From NCBI GenBank assembly GCA_023667765.1, contig JAMOZS010000006.1, positions 537 through 64,536 of the forward strand: a DNA stretch of 64,000 bases. Direction: 5' to 3'. Both the position numbers and the translations under genes were made by a program. Below are positions 44,873 through 54,382 of the stretch, piece after piece; within the stretch, counting starts at the first letter, position 1, and each line of letters opens with the position of its first letter. This stretch comes from Roseburia sp. (GTDB taxonomy: Bacteria > Bacillota > Clostridia > Lachnospirales > Lachnospiraceae). Below the pieces are notes generated by a model. The model had not been told where the DNA came from. It saw only the letters and a program-made list of their open reading frames with translations, and did not search any database.

Positions 44873-45727
44873 ATGAATTATGATGAGGAAATTGTGGAGA
44901 AAGTCTGCAGGACCCTGGTAGAAGCGGGCTCAACATTTTCGCCTGATAAAAAGAAAGCTTATGAGAGGGCGATTGCGGAGGAAGACAATGAGCAGGCAAA
45001 GTGGGTGATGGAGATGTTGTTGAAAAATTCCTGTTATGCGGAAAAAAACAGCAGCCCCCTTTGCGACGATACCGGTATTCCCCATCTGGTTCTGGAGATG
45101 GGCCCTCATGCCGCCATTACAGGCAATATGCTGGAGTCTATTCAGGAGGGAGTTCGGCAGGGGCTCAGGAGACTGCCGGGACGTCCTATGGCAGTCAAAG
45201 GGAATGACAGACAGCGAATTGACCAGTCATTGGGATTGGATGAAGATCCGGCGGCCCTGGAAACGGCGCCGGTTGTGATGCGCAATATGACAGAAGATAC
45301 GATTCGGCTGCATGTGCTGATGCTGGGAGGCGGACCTGCCATACGTGCAAAGACCTATCGGATTTTTCATAAACACAGTGTGGAAGCTGTCCTGGATGAA
45401 ATCGTCTCATGGGCGGTGGAAGCCACGAAACTGTTAGGATGTACCCCCAGTACCTTGGCAGTCGGCATCGGGCGCTCCCATTATGAGGCGGCGGCACTGA
45501 TGCTGCAGGCCATGGTGGACGGCTCCTATGACAGGCAGAGTGATTTGGAAAAGGAGATTACAAAGCGGGTGAACCGGGCGGGCTCAGGAACCCTGGGTCT
45601 GGGAGGGAAGAACACGGTTCTGGCTACTTTTATGAAAATCGGTCCCCAGCGGGCCAGCGGGGTCAGGATTGTCTGCCTGAGACCATGCTGTTGTTTTGAG
45701 CCGAGAACGGCAAGTGTTGAGTTGTGA
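44873..45727 (+). CDS. Class I fumarate hydratase / tartrate dehydratase alpha (Fe-S) subunit
   Basis: PLCDDTG, LGCTP, GTLGLGG..TVL, CCF Fe-S ligands. Confidence 0.85.
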   Translation: MNYDEEIVEKVCRTLVEAGSTFSPDKKKAYERAIAEEDNEQAKWVMEMLLKNSCYAEKNSSPLCDDTGIPHLVLEMGPHAAITGNMLESIQEGVRQGLRRLPGRPMAVKGNDRQRIDQSLGLDEDPAALETAPVVMRNMTEDTIRLHVLMLGGGPAIRAKTYRIFHKHSVEAVLDEIVSWAVEATKLLGCTPSTLAVGIGRSHYEAAALMLQAMVDGSYDRQSDLEKEITKRVNRAGSGTLGLGGKNTVLATFMKIGPQRASGVRIVCLRPCCCFEPRTASVEL

Positions 45728-45814
45728 CAGTCGGGCAAGGGAAAGAAGAATTCCGGGTAATGGGGAAGCAATGCAAGAGAGACAGGTTTTGAAAGCAGAG
45801 ACGGGAGGTTGGGT

Positions 45815-47143
45815 GTGGACGTCAAAGAGGATTGGTTAAGTGAATACAGGGATATTATTCCGCAATGTGATTTTGTATGCCGGAAGGTCAAGGTATCTGT
45901 GTATTGCAATGCTTTTAATCATGAGCCGTATATCAGGGAAGCTTTGGAAGGGTTTGTGAATCAAAAGACAGATTTTGACTATCAGGTGTTTGTATATGAT
46001 GATGCGTCTACGGACGGAACGTCGGAGATTGTCAGAGAATACAGCAGGAAATACCCGGATAAGATCATGGCAATGATAGCGAAACGAAATACCTATCGGG
46101 AGCCGTTCCGCCTGGATATGAAGTCCCGGATTTCGCAAAAGTATCTGACGGGGGATTACATAGCCACATGCGAGGGCGACGATTGCTGGACGGATCCGGA
46201 TAAATTACAGACCCAGATTGATTATATGGAGCAGCATCCGGATTGCGTGCTTACCTGTCATGATGCTGTTGTTATCGATTATAGAAAGAATGAGAGGCGG
46301 GAGTTTTCTCTCTATGACAGCGACCGGATTCTGAGCGCTGAGGATGTGATACTGCAAAAAAGCGGTACGATACCCCATGCCTCGGTGGTGATGCGAAGGG
46401 AATTCTTTTTTAAGGACAGTTCTTTTCCGGCCTGTGACGTGGGAGACTGGCCGAGACGGCTGAGAGCGATGGTACATGGATATATTTATTATTTCAGGAA
46501 GCCCATGTCTGTGTACCGGTATATGCATGATAACTCCTGGTCATCCATCCAGGAAGGCGATATGCAAAAGGCAATGAAACATAGATTGGGGATGATTCGG
46601 TTTTTAAGGGAGTATGATGCCTATTCAGAGTATCGTTTTTCTAAATTTTTGGACATTAGTATAAACAGTTATTTATTGACCAATGCCCTTGAAAATAATA
46701 CCGCCTGTACAAAACAGGAGTATTTTGAGATATGTGACGGGCTGAAAGACGCTGTTGACAGCGCCGGCGCAGAGTACCTTGAAAAACAGAAACAGTTGTG
46801 GAGCCTGCTGCACGAGGACGAAGAATATCGGGACAAAGGACTGCTGGATTATCTGGCGGGCCATGGCAGGGTAGTAATCATGGGGGCAGGCAGATATGCC
46901 GGACGGCTGACAAAGTATCTTGATAAACAGGGGAGGAAGATAGAGGGATATGTGGTGTCTGATAATCAGGACGCCGTCGCCTCATGGACGGACGCACCGG
47001 TATGGAAAGTGAAGGATTATCCCTTCGGATGGGAGGAAACGGGCGTACTGGTTGCGGTGCATCCCAATTACAGGCTGGAGATAGAGCAGTCTCTTGCCGG
47101 GAAGGGAATATCGGATTACTATGCCCCCTATTGGGTCATATAG
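45815..47143 (+). CDS. Glycosyltransferase family 2 with a C-terminal Rossmann-like module
   Basis: VSVYCNAFNHEPYI, DDASTDG, CEGDDCW. Tail VVIMGAG. Confidence 0.85.
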   Translation: MDVKEDWLSEYRDIIPQCDFVCRKVKVSVYCNAFNHEPYIREALEGFVNQKTDFDYQVFVYDDASTDGTSEIVREYSRKYPDKIMAMIAKRNTYREPFRLDMKSRISQKYLTGDYIATCEGDDCWTDPDKLQTQIDYMEQHPDCVLTCHDAVVIDYRKNERREFSLYDSDRILSAEDVILQKSGTIPHASVVMRREFFFKDSSFPACDVGDWPRRLRAMVHGYIYYFRKPMSVYRYMHDNSWSSIQEGDMQKAMKHRLGMIRFLREYDAYSEYRFSKFLDISINSYLLTNALENNTACTKQEYFEICDGLKDAVDSAGAEYLEKQKQLWSLLHEDEEYRDKGLLDYLAGHGRVVIMGAGRYAGRLTKYLDKQGRKIEGYVVSDNQDAVASWTDAPVWKVKDYPFGWEETGVLVAVHPNYRLEIEQSLAGKGISDYYAPYWVI

Positions 47144-47180
47144 CAGTATGGTCAGCTTTAGGAAAGGAGATGTTCAGGGA

Positions 47181-48581
47181 ATGGACACAAGAAAAGTATG
47201 TAAGCATGGATTGGAAGATATATGGATTATAGGTAAGGAAGGCCGGGTCAGGATGTGCGGCTGGACCGATTATTTTATCGGTAATCTGACAGAGCATACC
47301 ATCGAGGAGTTATGGCATGGAGAGGCGGCGGAAAAATTCCGGGAATCATTGCTGGACGGTTCGTACAGGTATTGTAATGCCGCAAAATGCCCCCATTGCG
47401 CCAATAAAAAGTTAGAGACCCAGGAAATTGATTATTATGTTCCGGAGTATCCGAAAACCTGTAATATCAGTTATCAGTTACAGTGTAATTATGCCTGTAA
47501 ATTCTGCCGGGAGCATGTGTATGAGACCAAAGCGGAGGAAGCGGCAAATTATCAGAAAATAGAAACGGAAATCGCCAAGATGATGCCTCATCTGGACAGG
47601 CTGATGACGAACGGGGCTGGAGAACTGTTCTGCAGCAGCTCTATTTTGAAGCTGCTGGCAGAGAGCGAACTAAAACCGGAGATTTCCATAGGAATCGAGA
47701 CAAACGGCTCCTTATTCACGCCTGCCAACTGGGACAGGATTCGCCGTATCGGGGAGCACGAGCTGTCAGTATCTGTTACGGTTCACAGTTTTCAGGAGCA
47801 GGTTTACCAGTACCTGTCCGGGACAAAGCTTCCCATGCAGAATATGATTGACAATTTACATTTTATCGGAGAGTTGAGAAAGCAGAATATTGTCAACACA
47901 TTTAATATTGCCACGGTCATATGCGAAATGAATTATCGGGAGATGCCGGCGTTTGTAAAAAAATGTCTGGACGAATTTGAGATGGACCGTATCAGGCTTC
48001 GCTTTTTTGAACCCTATGGAGTTATGGACAGAGCGGTAGAGTGGTTCTATGACGTAAGGAATCCCCATCATCCCTATTATGAGGAATTTACGAAGGTTAT
48101 GTCAGACCCGGTTTTTAATCATGAAAAGGTATGGAAATGGCAGGGGGAAGAGCTGTCTGCCCAGAAAGAGAATCCTTATATTTTAGAACATAGAAATTTT
48201 GTGTCCCTTGCAGACCTGGTAATGATGGAGGATGCAGAGCATAAAATCAGGGAGTGGTCTGAAAAGAACAGGCAGCCTAAAGTGGCTTTATACGGCGCTG
48301 CAAAGGGAGGAAATGCCTATCTTAGGCTATTAAGGTCCTACGGAATGGACGTCAGGGTTATTTTTGATAAATTTCAATCGGAGACGGAGGAGGAAGGCAG
48401 AAGGATCGTACGTCCCGCCCTGAAGAATGTAAATGAGTATGATTTTATCATTATTACACAGGAAACGTACGATTCGGAAATGAAGGATGAGCTATACAGA
48501 CTGAAATATGCGGGTACTGTTTTGCGTATGAGTGAATTTATTTCTCAGTTAAACTGCGAAGAGTGCCATACAGGCGTGTGA
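47181..48581 (+). CDS. Radical SAM protein with an N-terminal SPASM/Twitch-like domain
   Basis: N-terminal VRMCGW..IGNL..IEELW..YCNAAKCPHC, core CNYACKFC, GAGELF, ETNG. Tail KVALYGAAKGG. Confidence 0.8.
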   Translation: MDTRKVCKHGLEDIWIIGKEGRVRMCGWTDYFIGNLTEHTIEELWHGEAAEKFRESLLDGSYRYCNAAKCPHCANKKLETQEIDYYVPEYPKTCNISYQLQCNYACKFCREHVYETKAEEAANYQKIETEIAKMMPHLDRLMTNGAGELFCSSSILKLLAESELKPEISIGIETNGSLFTPANWDRIRRIGEHELSVSVTVHSFQEQVYQYLSGTKLPMQNMIDNLHFIGELRKQNIVNTFNIATVICEMNYREMPAFVKKCLDEFEMDRIRLRFFEPYGVMDRAVEWFYDVRNPHHPYYEEFTKVMSDPVFNHEKVWKWQGEELSAQKENPYILEHRNFVSLADLVMMEDAEHKIREWSEKNRQPKVALYGAAKGGNAYLRLLRSYGMDVRVIFDKFQSETEEEGRRIVRPALKNVNEYDFIIITQETYDSEMKDELYRLKYAGTVLRMSEFISQLNCEECHTGV

Positions 48582-48660
48582 ACGGAATGAAAATTTTCCG
48601 GTTTGTGCTGCGGCAGGCGGCATGATGGGAGCGCGTCAAAATGCGCAGAAAGGCATATTG

Positions 48661-49839
48661 ATGAAGAAACCTGAACTTTCAGTCATAGTTCCGATATACA
48701 ATAGTGAAGAGTATCTGACGGAATGTATCGACAGTATTATGGGACAGAAATTTTGTAATATGGAGATGATTCTCATTGATGACGGCTCAACGGACGGCTC
48801 CGGGAAATTGTGTGACCGGTATGCCAAAAATGACCCACGGGTCCGGGTGATACATAGGGAGAACGGGGGGCTTCCCAATGCCAGAAAGGTTGGGGCAAGG
48901 GAGGCCCGGGCGGCCTATTTGACCTATGTAGACAGTGACGACCGAATCGAAACGGATATGTACGAAAATCTGATGAGCAGGATAAAACAGTGTGACCTGG
49001 AGGTGGATATGGTCACCTCGGGATTAATCTTTGAAAAGCCGGGCAGCGCCAGAAATGTTTCTGATTCCCTCCCATGCGGCGTGTACGGGCGGGAGAGTAT
49101 TGCTGACACCATAACGCCCAATATGATGCGCAGTTACATTACCGGGGAATATGGCGTTGTAAATTCGGCGGTTGCAAAGATATACAGGACGGAGCTTTTA
49201 AGAAAAGTAATATATCATATTGATAATTCCATTACCTACGGGGAGGATGAAGCGCTGGTGTATTCCTTGATTCCTCAGTGCGGCGGCATGATTATTACGG
49301 ATGAATGCTATTACCACTACAGACTTCATGAGGGCTCCATGAATCATACCTTTGACAGAAATTCTTTTGACAGAATTTTCCGATTAAAAGAGTATTTTTA
49401 CGCTACTTTTTCAAAGCTGGGAATCTGGGAGCAGCAGAGGCCCTTCGTGAATTTTAGTATTCATTCCTCTCTGGTATCGGCGGCGAAGTCCCTGTATGAT
49501 ATTGATATGCAGGCCTATGTGGCGCCCTATGAGTTGCTTCCCAGGGGAAGCCGGGTTATTATTTATGGCGCGGGGAAAGTGGGAAAAAATTATTATAATG
49601 AATTGACAAGCGGGCGTTATGCAGAAGTGATTGCGTGGGTTGACAGGGACTACGAGGCATATGTGAAAGCAGGGTATCCTGTCTGCAGTCCCGAAGAAAT
49701 TCCGGGCCTGCAGTATGACCTGATATGCATTGCCATAGAGGACGGGGATACGGCGGCAAAGATTAAAGAGGGAATCTGTGCAAAGGGTATTTCAGAGGAG
49801 AGGATAATATGGCGTCCGCCAGTATTTTTAAGAGTATAG
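48661..49839 (+). CDS. Glycosyltransferase family 2 with a C-terminal Rossmann-like module
   Basis: SVIVPIYNSEEYL, IDDGSTDGS, YVDSDD. Tail VIIYGAGKVG. Confidence 0.88.
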   Translation: MKKPELSVIVPIYNSEEYLTECIDSIMGQKFCNMEMILIDDGSTDGSGKLCDRYAKNDPRVRVIHRENGGLPNARKVGAREARAAYLTYVDSDDRIETDMYENLMSRIKQCDLEVDMVTSGLIFEKPGSARNVSDSLPCGVYGRESIADTITPNMMRSYITGEYGVVNSAVAKIYRTELLRKVIYHIDNSITYGEDEALVYSLIPQCGGMIITDECYYHYRLHEGSMNHTFDRNSFDRIFRLKEYFYATFSKLGIWEQQRPFVNFSIHSSLVSAAKSLYDIDMQAYVAPYELLPRGSRVIIYGAGKVGKNYYNELTSGRYAEVIAWVDRDYEAYVKAGYPVCSPEEIPGLQYDLICIAIEDGDTAAKIKEGICAKGISEERIIWRPPVFLRV

Positions 49840-49860
49840 CTCACGAGAGGAAATGATTTT

Positions 49861-51015
49861 GTGGAAAACAAAAAAGAGACACCTATAAGATTCGATGCGG
49901 ATGATTTGATATACAACCGCTTTGATATGCTTTATCCTGATGACAACAGTCGGTTTGTATGTGTATCTCATGAAAACAGCTATGCCATAGACATGCATGT
50001 GGAAGGGACAAAGGCCTTCCTGAATGTATGGGGAAAAACATATCCCCAGGAAGTGTTTGAGGAGGTTGTCAGAAGGGTTTTTGACCGGAAGGATATAGGT
50101 TCCATTCACATACAGCGGGGAGGCAATCATTACCGGGGATTTTTACAGGCAACAAATGATATGCGGATTCTGCTTCCCGATACGCCGGAGGGACTGACGG
50201 ACCGTATGAGGGCGAAGCATCGTTCGAACATACGGAGAATGGAACGGGAACTGGAAAAGGAGGGTCCGGTAAGCCTGGTCGTTTATTCGGAAAAGATACC
50301 GGATGATGTGGTGAAACAATATTTTCGGTGGAAAATGGCGACACATCACACGGATTACCATATGACGCCCCAGGAGTATTTAAACCATTATCATGTGACG
50401 GACGCCATGGTTCTGAAGGCGGGCAGCCGGATGGCGGCTGTGATTTTTTTCTGTCAGGTAGGAAAAATCGTCTATTTTGAGAATTTCAGTTATGATACCG
50501 ATTTAAAAAAGTATTCTCCCGGTCTGCTGGTATATAAGGCTCTTTTGGAAGAACTGATAAAGAGAGGCTGCCGATATTTATATCTGGGCGGCGGGGAGTA
50601 TGATTATAAGAGGCGGTTCGGGGCGGAGGAATATGAGGCTTACAGCGGGACGATATACCGGCCGGAGGTACTAGAGGAAATAAATGCTTTCTGTAGAAGA
50701 GAGGGATTGGAGAAGGCGGCCTTTTACGGATACGGGGTATGCGGACACGCTTTCCTGCAGTTAGCCTCCGAACTGGATATTGCCATTGCGTATGGCATTG
50801 ACCGTTGTGAGAAAAGCGATGAGAAAATAAGCTTCTTTCTGCCGGAGGAGGGCTGGCCCGATGCGGACGGGGTGTTTATCACCTTAAATACTCCGAACAG
50901 GGAAGTGGAGGAATTGTTGAAGAGCAGATTCCGAAGGGTATATTACTGGAATGAAGTGGTGGATGAATGTATGGCAAGATATTTAGAGCGGGGAAAGAGT
51001 GATGCAACAGCTTGA
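49861..51015 (+). CDS. GNAT acyltransferase (CelD/BcsL/Acetyltransf_6-like)
   Basis: KYSPGLLV...YLYLGGGEYDYKRRFG. Tail KAAFYGYGVCG. Confidence 0.75.
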   Translation: MENKKETPIRFDADDLIYNRFDMLYPDDNSRFVCVSHENSYAIDMHVEGTKAFLNVWGKTYPQEVFEEVVRRVFDRKDIGSIHIQRGGNHYRGFLQATNDMRILLPDTPEGLTDRMRAKHRSNIRRMERELEKEGPVSLVVYSEKIPDDVVKQYFRWKMATHHTDYHMTPQEYLNHYHVTDAMVLKAGSRMAAVIFFCQVGKIVYFENFSYDTDLKKYSPGLLVYKALLEELIKRGCRYLYLGGGEYDYKRRFGAEEYEAYSGTIYRPEVLEEINAFCRREGLEKAAFYGYGVCGHAFLQLASELDIAIAYGIDRCEKSDEKISFFLPEEGWPDADGVFITLNTPNREVEELLKSRFRRVYYWNEVVDECMARYLERGKSDATA

Positions 51016-52039
51016 GATAGATAAAACGCAGCATATGTTAATTGTGGCGCCTCATCCGGATGATGAGTGTATCGGGGCGGGGGGTATATTGGCCCTGTTT
51101 CCCGGGATATGCGATGTGCTGGTACTTTCCGACGGAAGACAGGGACAAGGGGATGTGCCTCCGGAGAGAGAAAAGGTTATCCGGAGAGAAGAATTTGTCA
51201 GGGAGATGACTTATCTGGGTGTCCGCAGGTATTTCTTCAGAGAATTTGAGGATGGGACATTGATGCGGCATCTGGACGGGCTGGACGACTTTGAACTGTA
51301 TGCCTATGACAAGGTATTTGTTACAGGAACACAGGATGGACATCCGGATCATACGGCGGCTGCGAACTGTGTGATGCGGGCGCTTAAAAGGCAGAAAAAC
51401 ATAAAAACACAATTATTTTTTTATGAAGTACATACACCCATACAGAATCCTACTCATTATCTGGACATAACCGATTCTATGAAAAGGAAAAAAAAATTAA
51501 TCTCTTTTCATCAATCCCAGTTAAGCGTGGTACCCTATGCTGATATGGCGGAGCATTTAGCTGTTTACCGGGGAATGCAGAACAGAATGCCGGACAGGCG
51601 CCTTGAGGTATACAGGCATGTTTCTGTTGGGGAATATGATACGGCGCAGGTATCGGAAGGGGAAGTACGCCTGCAGAAACAAACGGTGTTTTACTGGACC
51701 TATACAAGATGGGTTGAGAAACTGATTGGGGGAGGGCGGTTTGCGCCATTGCTCAGCGCCAGAGGCATTCAGAGTGTTGCGGTGTACGGTTATGCGGAAA
51801 TGGGGAAATTACTGACCCGGGAATTATTGCAGGAAGGGGTAGACGTCTTATATGTCATGGACAGAAAGGCGCATGGCTCCGAACAGGAGGCGCCGCCCGT
51901 CTGTTATCCTGACAAAAACCTGGCGAAGCCGGATGGGGTAATCGTTACGGCAGTCTTTGATTATGATGCCATCAGGGAAGAACTGGAGAAGATGGGCTTT
52001 CGCAAGATTCTTTCGCTGCGCACCCTGCTGGAGGAATGA
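50999..52039 (+). CDS. PIG-L family deacetylase/deacylase
   Basis: IVAPHPDDECIGAGG and GHPDH motifs. Tail VAVYGYAEMG. Confidence 0.88.
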   Translation: MMQQLEIDKTQHMLIVAPHPDDECIGAGGILALFPGICDVLVLSDGRQGQGDVPPEREKVIRREEFVREMTYLGVRRYFFREFEDGTLMRHLDGLDDFELYAYDKVFVTGTQDGHPDHTAAANCVMRALKRQKNIKTQLFFYEVHTPIQNPTHYLDITDSMKRKKKLISFHQSQLSVVPYADMAEHLAVYRGMQNRMPDRRLEVYRHVSVGEYDTAQVSEGEVRLQKQTVFYWTYTRWVEKLIGGGRFAPLLSARGIQSVAVYGYAEMGKLLTRELLQEGVDVLYVMDRKAHGSEQEAPPVCYPDKNLAKPDGVIVTAVFDYDAIREELEKMGFRKILSLRTLLEE

Positions 52040-52110
52040 CGGCAGGACTGTCTGCCATGAAACAGGGATGTTTACGGAGTGATTTTTATAGTTATGGGAG
52101 GACGGAATGT

Positions 52111-53222
52111 ATGGCTGAGCACGGTAAAAAAATTCTTCTGTTTGGACTGGGGCAGGGCGCTGAAGAATGTGAAAAGGTAATAAAAAAAGAACATTCTATT
52201 ATCGGGTATACAGATTCCTTTGCACAAATAGAGTGGTATAACAATAAGCCGTTTTATAAAATACAGGAAATAAATAACGTAGAATATGATTATATTGTTG
52301 TCACACTGTACAAGCTTGCAGAGTTACAGAAGGTTATTAAAATGCTGGTGGAAGAATACCACGTTAGTCCTGACAAGGTAGTTTCCCTTTGGTATGCTTT
52401 AAACAGGGAGCGCTGGCGCTATAAATTGTTAAATTATGATTTAGAACAGATTGAGACAATTATTTTTGGAAATTCCCATGCGCTCTATGGATTTTTAGAA
52501 AAGAAGATGTCCGGCCCTGCTATAAATTTTTCTGTAAACAGTGGGGACATTTTTCAGGACTATGTTATTATCAATGAAATTTTGGACAAATACAAAGACC
52601 GCTTCCCCAAACTGAAGAATATTATTATAGATTTGTGGGACTGGCATTATTTTAATTTTGACGTCTCAAGAGGGAGTGTGTATAGTAATTTCCTGCAATG
52701 TGGCGGCTGCATCACGATGCATCACAGGCCATATACGGATTTCCTCGGGGGGGGGTTAAGGGACAAAGTTTATTTATTGATGAATGTGTAGGGAGAAAAT
52801 CGTATGAAAATGACAGATGGGATTATATCAGCCCGGATGCACCAATAGATAAGGAGCTTTTGCATTCGAGCATCGTTACGAAGAAGAATGAGGATACGAT
52901 TCGGGAGAATGAAAGCATGTTAGAGGAAATGATGGCAAAGCTTCGTGGTTGGAAAGCAGGAAGGTTAAATCTGGTTTTTACATTGATTCCCCGCTATCTT
53001 TCTATGGAGCGTGCGGAAGAAGAGATGATGCAGGATTGGAAAAAGAATTTTTTGGAAATCGTGGAGCCTGTCTGTACGAAATACGGGGTAAAATTCTGGA
53101 ATTATAAGGGTAATAGAGAGATTTGCGATAACCATCGGTTTTTCCTGGATGTGTCTCATTTGAACACCATGGGAGGGTCGGCACTGACATCCCTATTGTG
53201 CAGAGACCTGCAAATGCTTTAG
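52111..53222 (+). pseudogene. SGNH-like ester hydrolase/acyltransferase, frameshifted at a G9 tract (candidate phase-variable, OFF state)
   Basis: ORF 52036-52791 (FGNSH) and ORF 52698-53222 (DVSHLN) fuse into one 370 aa frame if the tract is G10. Confidence 0.7.
52747..52755 (+). repeat. Poly-G homopolymer (G9)
   Basis: ttcctc-GGGGGGGGG-ttaagg, exactly at the frameshift. Confidence 0.9.
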
Positions 53223-53331
53223 AAATCGTCAGCTGTGTTGCAACAAAAGCAGCTTAACGGTGTTGGCGGGAAGAATCAATGACAGAAGGAATCACAAGAG
53301 AGATAGAAAAAACATAAAAAGGAGATACAGG

Positions 53332-54351
53332 ATGGGACAGAATCAGCCGATTGATATTGTGCTTCCCTGGGTAGATGAGAAGGACGCCGTCTGGGAGCAG
53401 GACAGGAACAAGTGGGCGGGGAAAACGGGCATGGAGGCCTTTGAAGCATCCAATGTGCGGTTTCAAAGCTGGGATAATTTACAGTACTGGTTTCGCGCGA
53501 TAGAAAAATGTATGCCCTGGTATCATAAAATATATTTTATTACATACGGGCATCTTCCGAAGTTTTTGAATACAGCCCATCCTAAACTGGAAATCGTCAG
53601 GCATGCAGATTATATTCCCCAGGAGTATCTTCCCACATTTAATTCGAACACAATCGAGATGAATCTGCACAGGATACCGTCTCTGTCAGAGAACTTTATT
53701 TTGTTCAGCGATGATGTGTTTCCCCTGCAGCCGATAGAGGAAACCTATTATTTTAAAGATAATCAGGTGTGCGACGAAGCGGTGGAAAACATCATTACAA
53801 CCACGTCCTTCGGGGCTGTCTCTCATGCGACCAGATATGCTCAGGTAAATAATATGTTTCTTATCAACCGGCATTTTAAAAAGCGGGAGGTGCAGGAAAA
53901 GAACTGGGACAAATGGTACTGCCCGGATTATGGGGACCGGCTGGAGCGCACAAAATCTTTGCAGTACTGGTATGATTTTCCGGGTTTCTATGACCCGCAT
54001 ATGGCCAATGCCATGAAGAAATCAGTGCTGGCACACCTGTGGGAGATAGAGGAGGCGGCGCTGGATTGCGGTTCGAGAAATCGGTTCAGAGGCTACTCCG
54101 ACGTCACCCAGTATCTGATTCGCTACTGGCAGATATGCAGCGGGGAATTTTATCCCCGAAGAACCCGGGGAAAAGTTTTCTTCCCTTCGATGGATACTTA
54201 TACCGAGGTGGCGGATGCGATTCATAAGAAACAATATCCTATGATTAGCTTTAATGAAAACTGTACCCCGGATGAATTTCCGATTATGAAGGGGGCTGTC
54301 AATGAAGCGTTAAACCGGGCTTTCCCGGAAAAATGTTCCTTTGAATGGTAA
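53332..54351 (+). CDS. Stealth-family hexose-1-phosphate transferase
   Basis: CR1 PIDIVLPWVD and CR2 RF..WDNLQYWFRAI..PTFNSNTIE..FILFSDD. Confidence 0.88.
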   Translation: MGQNQPIDIVLPWVDEKDAVWEQDRNKWAGKTGMEAFEASNVRFQSWDNLQYWFRAIEKCMPWYHKIYFITYGHLPKFLNTAHPKLEIVRHADYIPQEYLPTFNSNTIEMNLHRIPSLSENFILFSDDVFPLQPIEETYYFKDNQVCDEAVENIITTTSFGAVSHATRYAQVNNMFLINRHFKKREVQEKNWDKWYCPDYGDRLERTKSLQYWYDFPGFYDPHMANAMKKSVLAHLWEIEEAALDCGSRNRFRGYSDVTQYLIRYWQICSGEFYPRRTRGKVFFPSMDTYTEVADAIHKKQYPMISFNENCTPDEFPIMKGAVNEALNRAFPEKCSFEW

Positions 54352-54382
54352 ATCGATGTAAAAGGGAGCGGGTAAGGATAGC

